Source of the DNA: an uncultured Candidatus Saccharibacteria bacterium
GTDB taxonomy: Bacteria > Patescibacteriota > SOKK01
Direction of reading: 5' to 3'
Assembly (NCBI GenBank): GCA_964518965.1
Contig: CAZFJP010000002.1
Location: 7,795-71,794, forward strand
DNA: 64,000 nt
Shown: one piece after another, positions 18,523-27,325 of the stretch
Layout of the letters: every line of letters begins with the position of its first letter
How positions within the stretch are numbered: the first letter of the stretch is position 1
Position numbers and translations under genes: made by a program
Notes under the pieces: generated by a model
What the model saw: only the letters and a program-made list of their open reading frames with translations
What the model was told of the DNA's origin: nothing
Database searches by the model: none

Positions 18523-18726
18523 CTAGTTAGTATTAGTAAAGGTGAGCTCAGAAACAAGAACCACCCTCTGGCCAATGAGGGAATCAGAAAATTCCACAAG
18601 CGTCTCATGGCTTTCCTCTTGAGAGCCAAGCCATACATGCCCGGTTACGATAACACCCTGACCAAACTCTCGGTGGTAAACCTGCTTCCCCTTGGGATTT
18701 GCATTCCAGAACTCCTCAACTTGCAC
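18523..18726 (-). CDS. Small protein resembling a stand-alone PcrA/UvrD C-terminal Tudor (DUF3553-like) domain
   Basis: AAGGAGGT SD then GTG at 18726; GKQVYHREFGQGVIV motif; terminator at about 18501-18523. Confidence 0.55.
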   Translation of the reverse strand: MQVEEFWNANPKGKQVYHREFGQGVIVTGHVWLGSQEESHETLVEFSDSLIGQRVVLVSELTFTNTN

Positions 18727-18739
18727 TGATCTACCTCCT

Positions 18740-18955
18740 TTAATTTCTCCGTGTTGGTGTCTCAATATAAACAACCATGTACTTGCCGGCATCAACCAGA
18801 TCAGATACCTCAAAGATAAGGTTATTATCGACAATCTGAACACAAAAGCCCAAAATGAAGGAAAAAGTTGGCTCGATATCCCGTGCTAATTCAACACAAT
18901 TATCTGGATACACTGCAGATCCTCCTCGCGTTACCAAACATTGCCGGGAAACCAC
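18740..18955 (-). CDS. Hypothetical small protein
   Basis: 71-aa ORF whose stop abuts the SD of the downstream gene; start uncertain. Confidence 0.35.
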   Translation of the reverse strand: MVSRQCLVTRGGSAVYPDNCVELARDIEPTFSFILGFCVQIVDNNLIFEVSDLVDAGKYMVVYIETPTRRN

Positions 18956-19014
18956 TCATTGTTAATGAACAATGGATAATAGCTAAGAACTAATTAATAA
19001 TTAGCCACTAATCA

Positions 19015-20163
19015 TTATCCATTAATTACTCCGCCACCCAAAACCTCGCTTCCCCGGTAAAAAACCACTGACTGACCGGGAGTAATTGACTTTTGAGCAT
19101 AACGAAAAGAGACCTTAAAATGTTTCGGATGAAGAGTACGACTAACTAAAGCCTCCACTGATTGATGTTGATAACGAATCTTCGCCTTTACCTCTAATGG
19201 TAGTTTCGGCACCGTACCGGAGATCCAGTGAACACTCTCGGCAATCAAATTCTGTTTCAACAAATCTTCCTCTTTCTCCGAAACAAACAAAGCGTTATTC
19301 TTTTGGTCAATTCTAACTACATAATACGGCTTTGTGTCCGGAATGTCCAGATTCTTGCGCTGACCAACAGTGTAATAAATTAATCCCTCGTGAACTCCAA
19401 GACGCTTTCCCTTCAAATCAAAAATCGGACCGCGTTGTACTTGTTCTAACAACTGCTTTTTCAAAAATGATCCCTTATTTTTCCTAATAAAACATAAATC
19501 CTGACTCTCTTTTTGGTTTTTCTCCAAAGGTAATTGATGCTTCTTAGCAAAACGATGTGTCTGTTCTTTAGTGTATTCACCAAGAGGAAAAAGAATATGC
19601 GCCAATTGATCCTGATTCAAGCGATAGAGAAAGTAAGATTGATCTTTTTCCGCATCAATACCCCGTAAAAGATGAAAAAACCCATTCTGGTCACAAACAA
19701 CACGCGCATAATGACCAGTAGCTAAATAATCCGCACCCATTGCCAATGCTTTTTTTAATAAAACACCAAATTTGATAAATTCATTACAAACAATACAGGG
19801 ATTTGGAGTTCTCCCTTTCAATTCCTGGCGGAGGAAATCGTTTACTACCGTTGCCTTAAATTCTTCTCGGAAATCCATCACGTAAAAAGGAACTGCTAAC
19901 TTTTCCGCTACCGCCTGTGCCCGATACTCCGACTCAAGTGAACAACAACGATTTTCTTTCCGTTCCTTCCCGAGGTCAAAAGACTTTTTAGCATTCTCGC
20001 TTTCCTCTTTGGGAAGAATCGATTCGTCCGCATCAAACCAAAAGCGCATAAAAACTCCAAAGACATCATAGCCTTGGTCTTTCAGAAGCGCTGCAGCAAC
20101 CGAAGAATCTACCCCTCCTGACAATGCTACACAAACCCTCAATTTCCGATTTAAGGAATTCAT
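19015..20163 (-). CDS. mnmA: tRNA 2-thiouridine(34) synthase
   Basis: SGGVDSSV, TPNPCIVCN, ATGHYA, KDQSYFL, TPGQSVVFY. Confidence 0.97.
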   Translation of the reverse strand: MNSLNRKLRVCVALSGGVDSSVAAALLKDQGYDVFGVFMRFWFDADESILPKEESENAKKSFDLGKERKENRCCSLESEYRAQAVAEKLAVPFYVMDFREEFKATVVNDFLRQELKGRTPNPCIVCNEFIKFGVLLKKALAMGADYLATGHYARVVCDQNGFFHLLRGIDAEKDQSYFLYRLNQDQLAHILFPLGEYTKEQTHRFAKKHQLPLEKNQKESQDLCFIRKNKGSFLKKQLLEQVQRGPIFDLKGKRLGVHEGLIYYTVGQRKNLDIPDTKPYYVVRIDQKNNALFVSEKEEDLLKQNLIAESVHWISGTVPKLPLEVKAKIRYQHQSVEALVSRTLHPKHFKVSFRYAQKSITPGQSVVFYRGSEVLGGGVING

Positions 20164-20412
20164 AACAACTTCATTTTAACACAAAAATCCATCAAAAAAA
20201 CGAATGTACTCCGAAGAACTGAAACTTTACCAGGCAAGATCATGTAAACCCTTTGCAACCCAATGGAGTTCACAATAAAAGACGGCTTTAACCCGTCTCT
20301 GTTTCTAATTTTCTACATTCTATACTTCCTACATTTTCTCTCACCATAGCAGGATCTTCCAAATGAAGTTCGTTATGCAGACTACTCTGCAGAATAAATT
20401 CTGACCTCTTTA

Positions 20413-20489
20413 TGGCGGGGACGACGAGACTCGAACTCGCGACCTCGTGCGTGACAGGCACGCGCTCTAACCAGCTGAGCTACGCCCCC
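20413..20489 (-). tRNA. tRNA-Asp(GTC)
   Basis: GGGGGCGTAGCTCAGCTGGTTAGAGCGCGTGC-CTGTCAC-GCACGAGGTCGCGAGTTCGAGTCTCGTCGTCCCCGCCA. Confidence 0.97.
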
Positions 20490-20512
20490 GGCAAAAAGTT
20501 AAAAACATGAAC

Positions 20513-20755
20513 CTAAAGAAAGATTTGAATATTCTTCAAGATCGCCTTCCCATATCCCGATTTCCAATATTTTTCTCTAGCACGTGCGGAAGATCGATCT
20601 AAGCATTTCTCAACATAAATTATCTTAAATCTTCCTTTATTTTTTGTCGATTTTACTCTTCCCTTCTTATGTTCAGAGATTCTCTCCTCCAAACCATCCG
20701 TCATTCCAACATAAATTTCATTATCAATAAACTTCAAAGCATAAACTACATACAT
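20513..20755 (-). CDS. GIY-YIG nuclease family protein
   Basis: YVVYAL...IYVGMT..LEERISEH..G...STK...IIYVE.....ARAREKYWKSGYG. Confidence 0.92.
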   Translation of the reverse strand: MYVVYALKFIDNEIYVGMTDGLEERISEHKKGRVKSTKNKGRFKIIYVEKCLDRSSARAREKYWKSGYGKAILKNIQIFL

Positions 20756-20783
20756 TATAGCCCCTTATCTATAATTCTAAACG

Positions 20784-20836
20784 GGCACGCGCTCCCTGCC
20801 TGCCGGCAGGCAGGTAACCAGCTGAGCTACGTCCCC
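20784..20836 (-). pseudogene. Displaced 5' half of tRNA-Asp with a 20-bp palindrome in the D loop
   Basis: GGGGACGTAGCTCAGCTGGTTA[CCTGCCTGCCGGCAGGCAGG]GAGCGCGTGCC; outside the insert it differs from the intact tRNA at 1 nt. Confidence 0.9.
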
Positions 20837-20919
20837 CAGGGGAAACTTAAAAATTAAAAAGTGAAATGCAAAACAATATAAAAGTCCCTTCTTTTTTCTA
20901 GATACCAGTAATAACTAAA

Positions 20920-21954
20920 CTATTTTACATATTTATGAATATTCATACTCTCCCTCTGTTCTTTCATCCAATCATTGAAATCCCGAAATTTCACTAAGAT
21001 ATAATAAGTCGCACGTTTAGCACCTTTAATATCAGTAACCAAGAAAATTGCATAACCAGTCTTGATTTTAACAATTTCGCTAAAACGATTCTTTTTGAGA
21101 GAAAATACTGCTTCATCTAAAGCAAGATCGTCTTTTTGGCCTTTTCTAATCAAACCAAGATAACCCCCCGCAGCAGAAGTAGTTTTATCTTCGCTATATT
21201 TCTTAGCCATTTTAGCAAAATTGGCACCATTTTTAAGACGATTTAAAATATCTTCTGCCTTCGCTTTTTCCCGCTCATTAACCATATCATCAGTGGTCAC
21301 TTTTTCCTCCAACTTCTTCCTTAAAAGATACATCTTTAACCGGTCTTTGAATTCCCTGACTGACCACTTGTAATAGTCACTTAAAATTTCCTTCACCTTT
21401 ACTTCCCCCCCACTCTGCTCCACAATTTTAGAGTATTCAGAATTAACTTCTTTATCGTTAACCGAAACACCAAATTGCTTCGCTTTGATTTTAACAATTT
21501 CATCATCAATCATTTGATTTAGAACTTCTTCTTTAACACGATTAATCTGCTCCTTACCACTTTCAGTATCAAAATTCACTCCTTGTAATTTACAATAATA
21601 GTGTTTGGTAGATTCTACCGAATCGCGATATTTATAAAATGTAACTAGGCGGTAATTAACCAACGCAGCAGGATAAGGAATGATTCTTGAAACCCACTTG
21701 GTCGTGGAATTATTCCAATCGTAGCGATAAATACCAACACCAACCACAATTAAAAAGACAATCAAAGCAACCAAGAAAACTAAAACAATTTTACTGATCA
21801 ATTTTAAACTGATTTGTTTCTTTCCTACTTTTACCGACTTCCGACGCGGAATCTGAATCCGGCTAGGATTTTTCACTTTAAATAATCGTTCAACTTTTTT
21901 CTGAAGTACTCGCGTGCGACTGGCTCTTAGTCGCGACTTTTTTCTCAAAACCAT
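20920..21954 (-). CDS. PrsA/SurA-like peptidylprolyl isomerase (parvulin)
   Basis: TM anchor, SurA N-domain, FAKMAKKYSED..SAAGGYLG. Confidence 0.9.
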   Translation of the reverse strand: MVLRKKSRLRASRTRVLQKKVERLFKVKNPSRIQIPRRKSVKVGKKQISLKLISKIVLVFLVALIVFLIVVGVGIYRYDWNNSTTKWVSRIIPYPAALVNYRLVTFYKYRDSVESTKHYYCKLQGVNFDTESGKEQINRVKEEVLNQMIDDEIVKIKAKQFGVSVNDKEVNSEYSKIVEQSGGEVKVKEILSDYYKWSVREFKDRLKMYLLRKKLEEKVTTDDMVNEREKAKAEDILNRLKNGANFAKMAKKYSEDKTTSAAGGYLGLIRKGQKDDLALDEAVFSLKKNRFSEIVKIKTGYAIFLVTDIKGAKRATYYILVKFRDFNDWMKEQRESMNIHKYVK

Positions 21955-22064
21955 TATAGTTAATTAGAAATTAAGCAACATTGTTATTATATCATAAAAA
22001 CAGTTCCTATAGATGATTTCACAAGGTAATTTCTGAACCACCCCGATGTCGAATTATCTAATCT

Positions 22065-22730
22065 TTATTTTTGTCTTTTACCTTCACTTTTGTTTTTTCG
22101 CATCCTGCGGGATTCCGTTCGCAGGAGACTTTTGTTTTCTGCCTTTACACTTTGAATAAACTGAATTAGTTCCTCTGCAGTCAATTCTTTCTCTCCTTCC
22201 TCACTAACATTTTTTTCTCTGCCAACTAATTTTTCCTGTAAATCTAGAATCCGTTCCTGTACTTTTTGGGGATGAGGAACCATTGATAATTCCAAATTTT
22301 CCTGCGTCCCAGCAGTTTGAATCATGACATTGCCATAATCAAAAGTAGTACCCCAAAAACCTTTGACTTCATAAGTAGCGTCCTGAATACGATCAAAAGT
22401 AGTTTCCGAAACAGAGCGACTGAAAACTCCCTTCTGGTCTATATCAATAATTCGTTTATTTGTTATAATAAAACTGTCATAATAGTAACGGACACTGTGA
22501 TAAATAGCATAGGCGAGGATAAAAGCAAACCAAGCGAGGAAAATAATCAAAAGAACGACATTTCTGAAAATAAAATCAATAAAAACTCCCGGGATAAAGA
22601 TTGCGAGAAATACCTTAATCGCCGGAAGAATTAAAGTAAGCCAGTGTTTGCGGATACGCATTTCAATCCTCTCATCCTTTTCCAGTTCGACTTCAAATTT
22701 CTGCTTTACCCATTTTTGTAAATAACTCAT
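22065..22730 (-). CDS. Bacterial PH-domain membrane protein
   Basis: RKHW, two TMs, IITNKRIIDIDQKGVFSR...IQD...FDYGNVMIQTAG. Confidence 0.85.
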   Translation of the reverse strand: MSYLQKWVKQKFEVELEKDERIEMRIRKHWLTLILPAIKVFLAIFIPGVFIDFIFRNVVLLIIFLAWFAFILAYAIYHSVRYYYDSFIITNKRIIDIDQKGVFSRSVSETTFDRIQDATYEVKGFWGTTFDYGNVMIQTAGTQENLELSMVPHPQKVQERILDLQEKLVGREKNVSEEGEKELTAEELIQFIQSVKAENKSLLRTESRRMRKNKSEGKRQK

Positions 22731-22970
22731 ATGTTTTCGACAAAGATAAAAAGAAACGTTTGGATTCTTTTAGTAATTTTAGTAATCATCGGTTTAGTCA
22801 CTGCACTTTTTATTCCTCTTGTCGCAGGATACCGTTAAATTAACAATCATTAATTATTCATTAATTGTCCCCTTAGCTCATTCTTTCTACACCAGAATTT
22901 CAACAGACTAGTAACAAGTTCTGACGAAATATCTTCCTAGTTTTCACTTACTAACTTGTAACTTTATTAT

Positions 22971-23047
22971 GTCCCCGTAGCTCAGTTTGGATAGAGCAGA
23001 GGTTTCCTAAACCTCACGCGGGGGTTCGATTCCTCCCGGGGACACCA
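22971..23047 (+). tRNA. tRNA-Arg(CCT)
   Basis: GTCCCCGTAGCTCAGTTTGGATAGAGCAGAGGT-TTCCTAA-ACCTC...TTCGATTCCTCCCGGGGACACCA. Confidence 0.96.
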
Positions 23048-23117
23048 AAAATAAAAGCAAAACTACCATTGTTATTTCATTATATCACAAATAGTTTATC
23101 TTTAACCAACAGTAAAA

Positions 23118-23603
23118 ATGGAAAAGGAACGAACATTAGTACTAGTTAAACCAGATGGGGTTCAACGTGGCTTAATCGGCCAGGTTATTAGTCGCTTTGA
23201 AGACGCCGGACTTAAAATTATTGGTTGTAAAATGACCCAAATCAACAAAGCATTTGCTGAAAAACACTATACCGAACATAAGAACAAAGATTTTTTTCCT
23301 AAACTAGTTAACTTTATCACCAGCGGTCCAGTACTTGCAATGGTTATTGAAGGCAATAGCGCTATCAGCAAAGTAAGACAACTGGCGGGATCCACTCTAC
23401 CTAGCGAGGCGCTTCCCGGCACAATCCGCGGCGACTTTGCACACCTGACTCAAGAACGAGGCAACCAAAAAGAATACGGCATCCCCAACCTTGTCCATGC
23501 CTCTGATGAAAAAGCCGGCGCTGCCGAGAGAGAAATCGCGCTTTGGTTCAAACCAGACGAGATTTACACCTACAAACGCTGCGACGAAGAGTTCACGCTT
23601 TAA
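23118..23603 (+). CDS. ndk: Nucleoside diphosphate kinase
   Basis: ERTLVLVKPDGVQRGLIG, PGTIRGDF, NLVHASD. Confidence 0.97.
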   Translation: MEKERTLVLVKPDGVQRGLIGQVISRFEDAGLKIIGCKMTQINKAFAEKHYTEHKNKDFFPKLVNFITSGPVLAMVIEGNSAISKVRQLAGSTLPSEALPGTIRGDFAHLTQERGNQKEYGIPNLVHASDEKAGAAEREIALWFKPDEIYTYKRCDEEFTL

Positions 23604-23641
23604 CCAACATCACAAAAAAACGGAGTGTTCCTCTGTTTTTT

Positions 23642-24493
23642 TTATTTAATCTTGATGCTTTGATTAATCTCTATTTCTATCCTTCCCTCTAAATCCGTCC
23701 GTAGTATCTGAATACTAAAATTTTGCAATCGTTCTAAAACTTCCTGGTGCGGATGATTAAAACGATTATCTTTGCCGCAGGAAATAATTGCGATTTGCGG
23801 AGAAACTGCTTGTAAAAACTCTTCGCTAGTAGCACTACGGCTACCATGATGACTGACTTTCAAAACATCAGCTTTAAGATTGGCACTCTGATTAATCAGA
23901 TCATTTTCAATTTCCGATGGTGCATCACCGGTAAATAGAAATGATTTATTTTGATAATCAAGGCGGCAAACAATAGAAGTGCTATTAGTATCTTTAACAG
24001 TTCTTCCAGCCAAATTACTTAGCGGTGCAAGAACCTCCAAACTCACTTGTTCATCAAAAACTCGCTTTTCGCCTTGATAAACATCGTGAAACTTAATCTG
24101 ACTACTGTCAATTAACCTTAGAAACTCAATATAAATAGACGATTGATGACTTACGCCCGTTCCCCAAACTTCATCTACCGAGTATCTTTCTAGGACCGAT
24201 ACTAATCCGCTAACATGATCACTATCAGGATGAGTCAAAATCAAAAGCTCAATCTTGCGATCCCAAAACGGTAGAACTGAACCAATTTCACTCAAAACGC
24301 TTTCATCGGGACCGCCATCAATTAAAATATCATTACCATCGGGGGTGCGAATCAAAGTAGCATCACCCTGTCCAACATTTAAAAAATAAACATGTAAGCT
24401 ATCATCAGAGCGTGAAGCAATTACTGACCATACCAAAACAAAGGCAAAAGCTAATCCTGCCAGAACAATTTTAAGAGATCTTCGATTATCCAT
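23642..24493 (-). CDS. ComEC/Rec2 metallo-beta-lactamase nuclease domain protein (separate gene)
   Basis: LNVGQGDA, THPDSDH, LFTGDA, KVSHHGS, HPH..VL.RL. Confidence 0.9.
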   Translation of the reverse strand: MDNRRSLKIVLAGLAFAFVLVWSVIASRSDDSLHVYFLNVGQGDATLIRTPDGNDILIDGGPDESVLSEIGSVLPFWDRKIELLILTHPDSDHVSGLVSVLERYSVDEVWGTGVSHQSSIYIEFLRLIDSSQIKFHDVYQGEKRVFDEQVSLEVLAPLSNLAGRTVKDTNSTSIVCRLDYQNKSFLFTGDAPSEIENDLINQSANLKADVLKVSHHGSRSATSEEFLQAVSPQIAIISCGKDNRFNHPHQEVLERLQNFSIQILRTDLEGRIEIEINQSIKIK

Positions 24494-25955
24494 AAATAAA
24501 ATTATTTTTTTTGCGGGATTTAATTATTACATAAATTATAAGAATTAACAGGTAGTACCCCAACAACATCAACCCAGAAATTTTTTCCAGATTTAGTGAA
24601 GCAAACCTAAATTGAGCAAGGAAATGAATAATTTTAATTACATAATCTAAAATGAGAAAGGTCACAATACCCGTAATTTTTCCTAACATATCAGATAAAA
24701 TAGCAAGTAGATTCGTGAGAAAACCAAAGAGCATCGCATAAGGAATTAGTGGTAGAATTAAAACATTCGCCACAGGTGAAATTAGAGAAAACCGTCCGAA
24801 GTGATAAATAATCAGTGGAATCACCAATACTTGCGCCGAGAGAGTTACCCCTAATGTTTCCCGCAAACTGAAAAAATTAGGCAGCCAAACAAGAATCTTT
24901 GCAAAAAATGGATAGCAATAGATAATACCAATAGTTGCTAAAAAAGATAACTGGAACCCAACATCAAAATTCAAAATTTTAGGGTTAATGAAAAGCATCA
25001 CTGTTGCTGTCAGCACTATACCATTTAAAACACTTTTGAGCCGTCCTGACTTCAACGCCCAGAAAGTTAAAATTCCCATGATTGCCGCCCGTACTACTGC
25101 CGCTTGCCCGCCAACAAAAATAGTAAAGAAAACTAGACCAACTATTACCAGCCAAAAAGAAAATCGTCGCGGCAAAAAACTAAAAATTCCCATTAACAAG
25201 TTAGCGATAATAGTAATGTTCCAGCCAGAAATCGCGATAATATGAGTTAATCCAGTAGTATTAAAATCATTCAGCAATTTTTCCGGAATTGCTTTGCGCG
25301 AGCCAAATAAAAGTCCATTCATAAACGAAGCATGCGGTTCCGGCAGAATCAAATTCATTTTCCCTTCCAAAAAATTTTTCAAACGATAGATAATCCGATA
25401 AAAAATATTTCCTTTACCCCGCTCAATAACTCCAATCGCGGGTTGATAACAAACGCTATAAATATCCTGTAAAGCTAAATAATCACGATAAGAAAAACCT
25501 TCAAAATCTTTTGGTGCTTGCAATTTACCTCTCACTCTAATAACATCGCCGTATTGAAATCGGGGATAAGCAAAAGTAGTAATCAGTACTTTACCTTTCA
25601 AAGAATCACCTCCCAAAATAACTTTTTGATTTCCCTTTTGGACATAGGGATTATTCACAACAATGCCACTAAATTCCCGCTTACCTTGATTATTATAATA
25701 GACAAAACAATCCTGGTTAATCTCGGAGTTATTTTTACTTTGAAAATAAAAAATCCCACCGCAAAAAGAGAGAAAAACGGCAGGAAAAAGGAGAAATTTT
25801 TTATTTAAAAAACAAAATAGGAACAAAATAAAAAGAATAATCAGAGCTACTCCAATTTTAATCCGGAGGTAACGCCCCAGTGCTACTCCCCCGATAAACC
25901 CGAGATTTAAATAGAGGAAGATTTTAGATTTAGTAAAGAAACAGTTAAAGTTCAT
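24486..25955 (-). CDS. comEC: ComEC competence membrane channel
   Basis: TGLTHIIAISGWN, AVVRAAIM, DVGFQLSFLAT. Confidence 0.93.
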   Translation of the reverse strand: MNFNCFFTKSKIFLYLNLGFIGGVALGRYLRIKIGVALIILFILFLFCFLNKKFLLFPAVFLSFCGGIFYFQSKNNSEINQDCFVYYNNQGKREFSGIVVNNPYVQKGNQKVILGGDSLKGKVLITTFAYPRFQYGDVIRVRGKLQAPKDFEGFSYRDYLALQDIYSVCYQPAIGVIERGKGNIFYRIIYRLKNFLEGKMNLILPEPHASFMNGLLFGSRKAIPEKLLNDFNTTGLTHIIAISGWNITIIANLLMGIFSFLPRRFSFWLVIVGLVFFTIFVGGQAAVVRAAIMGILTFWALKSGRLKSVLNGIVLTATVMLFINPKILNFDVGFQLSFLATIGIIYCYPFFAKILVWLPNFFSLRETLGVTLSAQVLVIPLIIYHFGRFSLISPVANVLILPLIPYAMLFGFLTNLLAILSDMLGKITGIVTFLILDYVIKIIHFLAQFRFASLNLEKISGLMLLGYYLLILIIYVIIKSRKKNNFIYG

Positions 25956-26155
25956 AGTCCCTTGATTAGAGTAAAAGCAGACCCCGCCATGCGGCGGGAT
26001 TGATACTCACCCCAAAATGGGACTTGTATCAAAATGCACCAAGTAGGCAAGGGACTAGTTTCCCACTTGGTGCGTACTTAATTTATCATAAGATATTGAG
26101 TTTGGCAAGGGAAAAAGTGATGTAAAAATAATAATCAATGGATAGTGATAAAGGT

Positions 26156-26215
26156 AGAAGACTGAAGGCAGAAAATTGAAACCTTCATTCTTCAGCCTTC
26201 AGACTTCAGCCTTCT
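26156..26215. mobile_element. Empty (gene-less) copy of the GAAGGCT heptamer inverted-repeat element
   Basis: AGAAGACTGAAGGC + AGAAAATTGAAA + 8 nt + CTTCAGCCTTCAGACTTCAGCCTTCT; matches both flanks of the four-helix-bundle gene at 35060-35514. Confidence 0.7.
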
Positions 26216-26239
26216 TGCTTATGATATAATAGATTTGTA

Positions 26240-27127
26240 ATGAAACTAAGTTTCAATCAAAAACTAAGTTTGGTTTATTTGATTTTAGGCATAATCATTT
26301 TGCCTCTTTTAGCACAACCAATTGGTATCCCAAAAGCTTATGCCGCCTCCAAAACTGCCTGGCAGATCACTGATCTTGATAATGCCTCCATTACCACCAC
26401 GCGCTCAATGTTTTTTAACGGCTGGCTTTTTACCTTTAAAGATGCAAATAACACAGAAACCTACGGGGATATCTGGGATTCCGCAAACTCCTATAACGAC
26501 GGTAACACTACCGCTACTGCTCAAAACTTCCGCATTGATATTTCAAGTGGAATGGAATTTCCTAACATTGTTGCCGGTGACACTCTCACCGTCACCGGAG
26601 ATGGAACACCTTCTAATCTCACCATTTATCTTCCTGCCGTTAACACGAATACCACTCTCTATGTTGCTGACGATGGCTCCACTTATTATGACTCTAACCT
26701 TACTAATCTCGCTTATGGCGCACCAGTTGCTATTGATATTGCCCTAGATAGCAATAGTGCTTACAATTTTAGTAGCACCTACGGCTCTCTTGTCCCTGAG
26801 CAAACCTACACCTCACCTGACAACATTCGCAATGTTACGGTTACTTGCAACAGTTCTTTTGGTTGGAAACTCTATGTAAAATCCACTGGCAATTTTACCA
26901 GCGGTGCCAACACAATCAACGTCAATTATCTAGAATGGAAATGGAACGATGAAGAATCAGTCTGGACCGACATGAGCACTACCGATATTGAAGTAAGATC
27001 CAGTAATAACCCAACTAGTGCTTCAGGAGTTACAACCGGAATGGAGTACCGGATTAATGTTCCTTACGGAAATGTTCCTGCTTCAAATTACTCCGCAACA
27101 ATTACCTACACTGCAATTGCACAATAG
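26240..27127 (+). CDS. Secreted protein with a C-terminal WxL-like domain
   Basis: Signal peptide (AYA|A); C-terminal V.V...GWKLYVK...YSATITYTA paralogous to the next gene. Confidence 0.75.
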   Translation: MKLSFNQKLSLVYLILGIIILPLLAQPIGIPKAYAASKTAWQITDLDNASITTTRSMFFNGWLFTFKDANNTETYGDIWDSANSYNDGNTTATAQNFRIDISSGMEFPNIVAGDTLTVTGDGTPSNLTIYLPAVNTNTTLYVADDGSTYYDSNLTNLAYGAPVAIDIALDSNSAYNFSSTYGSLVPEQTYTSPDNIRNVTVTCNSSFGWKLYVKSTGNFTSGANTINVNYLEWKWNDEESVWTDMSTTDIEVRSSNNPTSASGVTTGMEYRINVPYGNVPASNYSATITYTAIAQ

Positions 27128-27130
27128 AAT

Positions 27131-27202
27131 TGTGGATAACTTATCAACAGAAACTTGACAGTCAGTCAAAAATTGTTAAAATAGATAATGAATTGTGGAT
27201 AA
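27131..27202 (+). promoter_or_regulatory. Sigma70 promoter flanked by three DnaA boxes
   Basis: TGTGGATAA 27131-39, TTATCAACA 27141-49, TTGACA 27155-60, TG-T-TAAAAT 27174-82, TGTGGATAA 27194-202. Confidence 0.7.
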
Positions 27203-27325
27203 CTTTTGGGAAGGATACACAAGGGGGAGTCAAAAACTACACTTTTTTCCTCCTAGTGTGGTTTTTATTGATACATTAACACTAAATAAAGTTTAGTACA
27301 CAATATACAATCTAACCTACAAAAC

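Noticed and set aside
20413-20836. Group I intron or split tRNA with a homing endonuclease
   Set aside because: The downstream tRNA is complete on its own, and the spacer is too short to hold a ribozyme core beside the ORF.
20669-20857. 62-aa ORF containing LPACRQAG
   Set aside because: The peptide is just the translation of the 20-bp palindrome; the ORF is antisense to GIY-YIG and the tRNA remnant.
27127-27205. Replication origin (oriC)
   Set aside because: Only three boxes, arranged around a promoter; no dnaA/dnaN nearby; skew cannot be assessed from this window.
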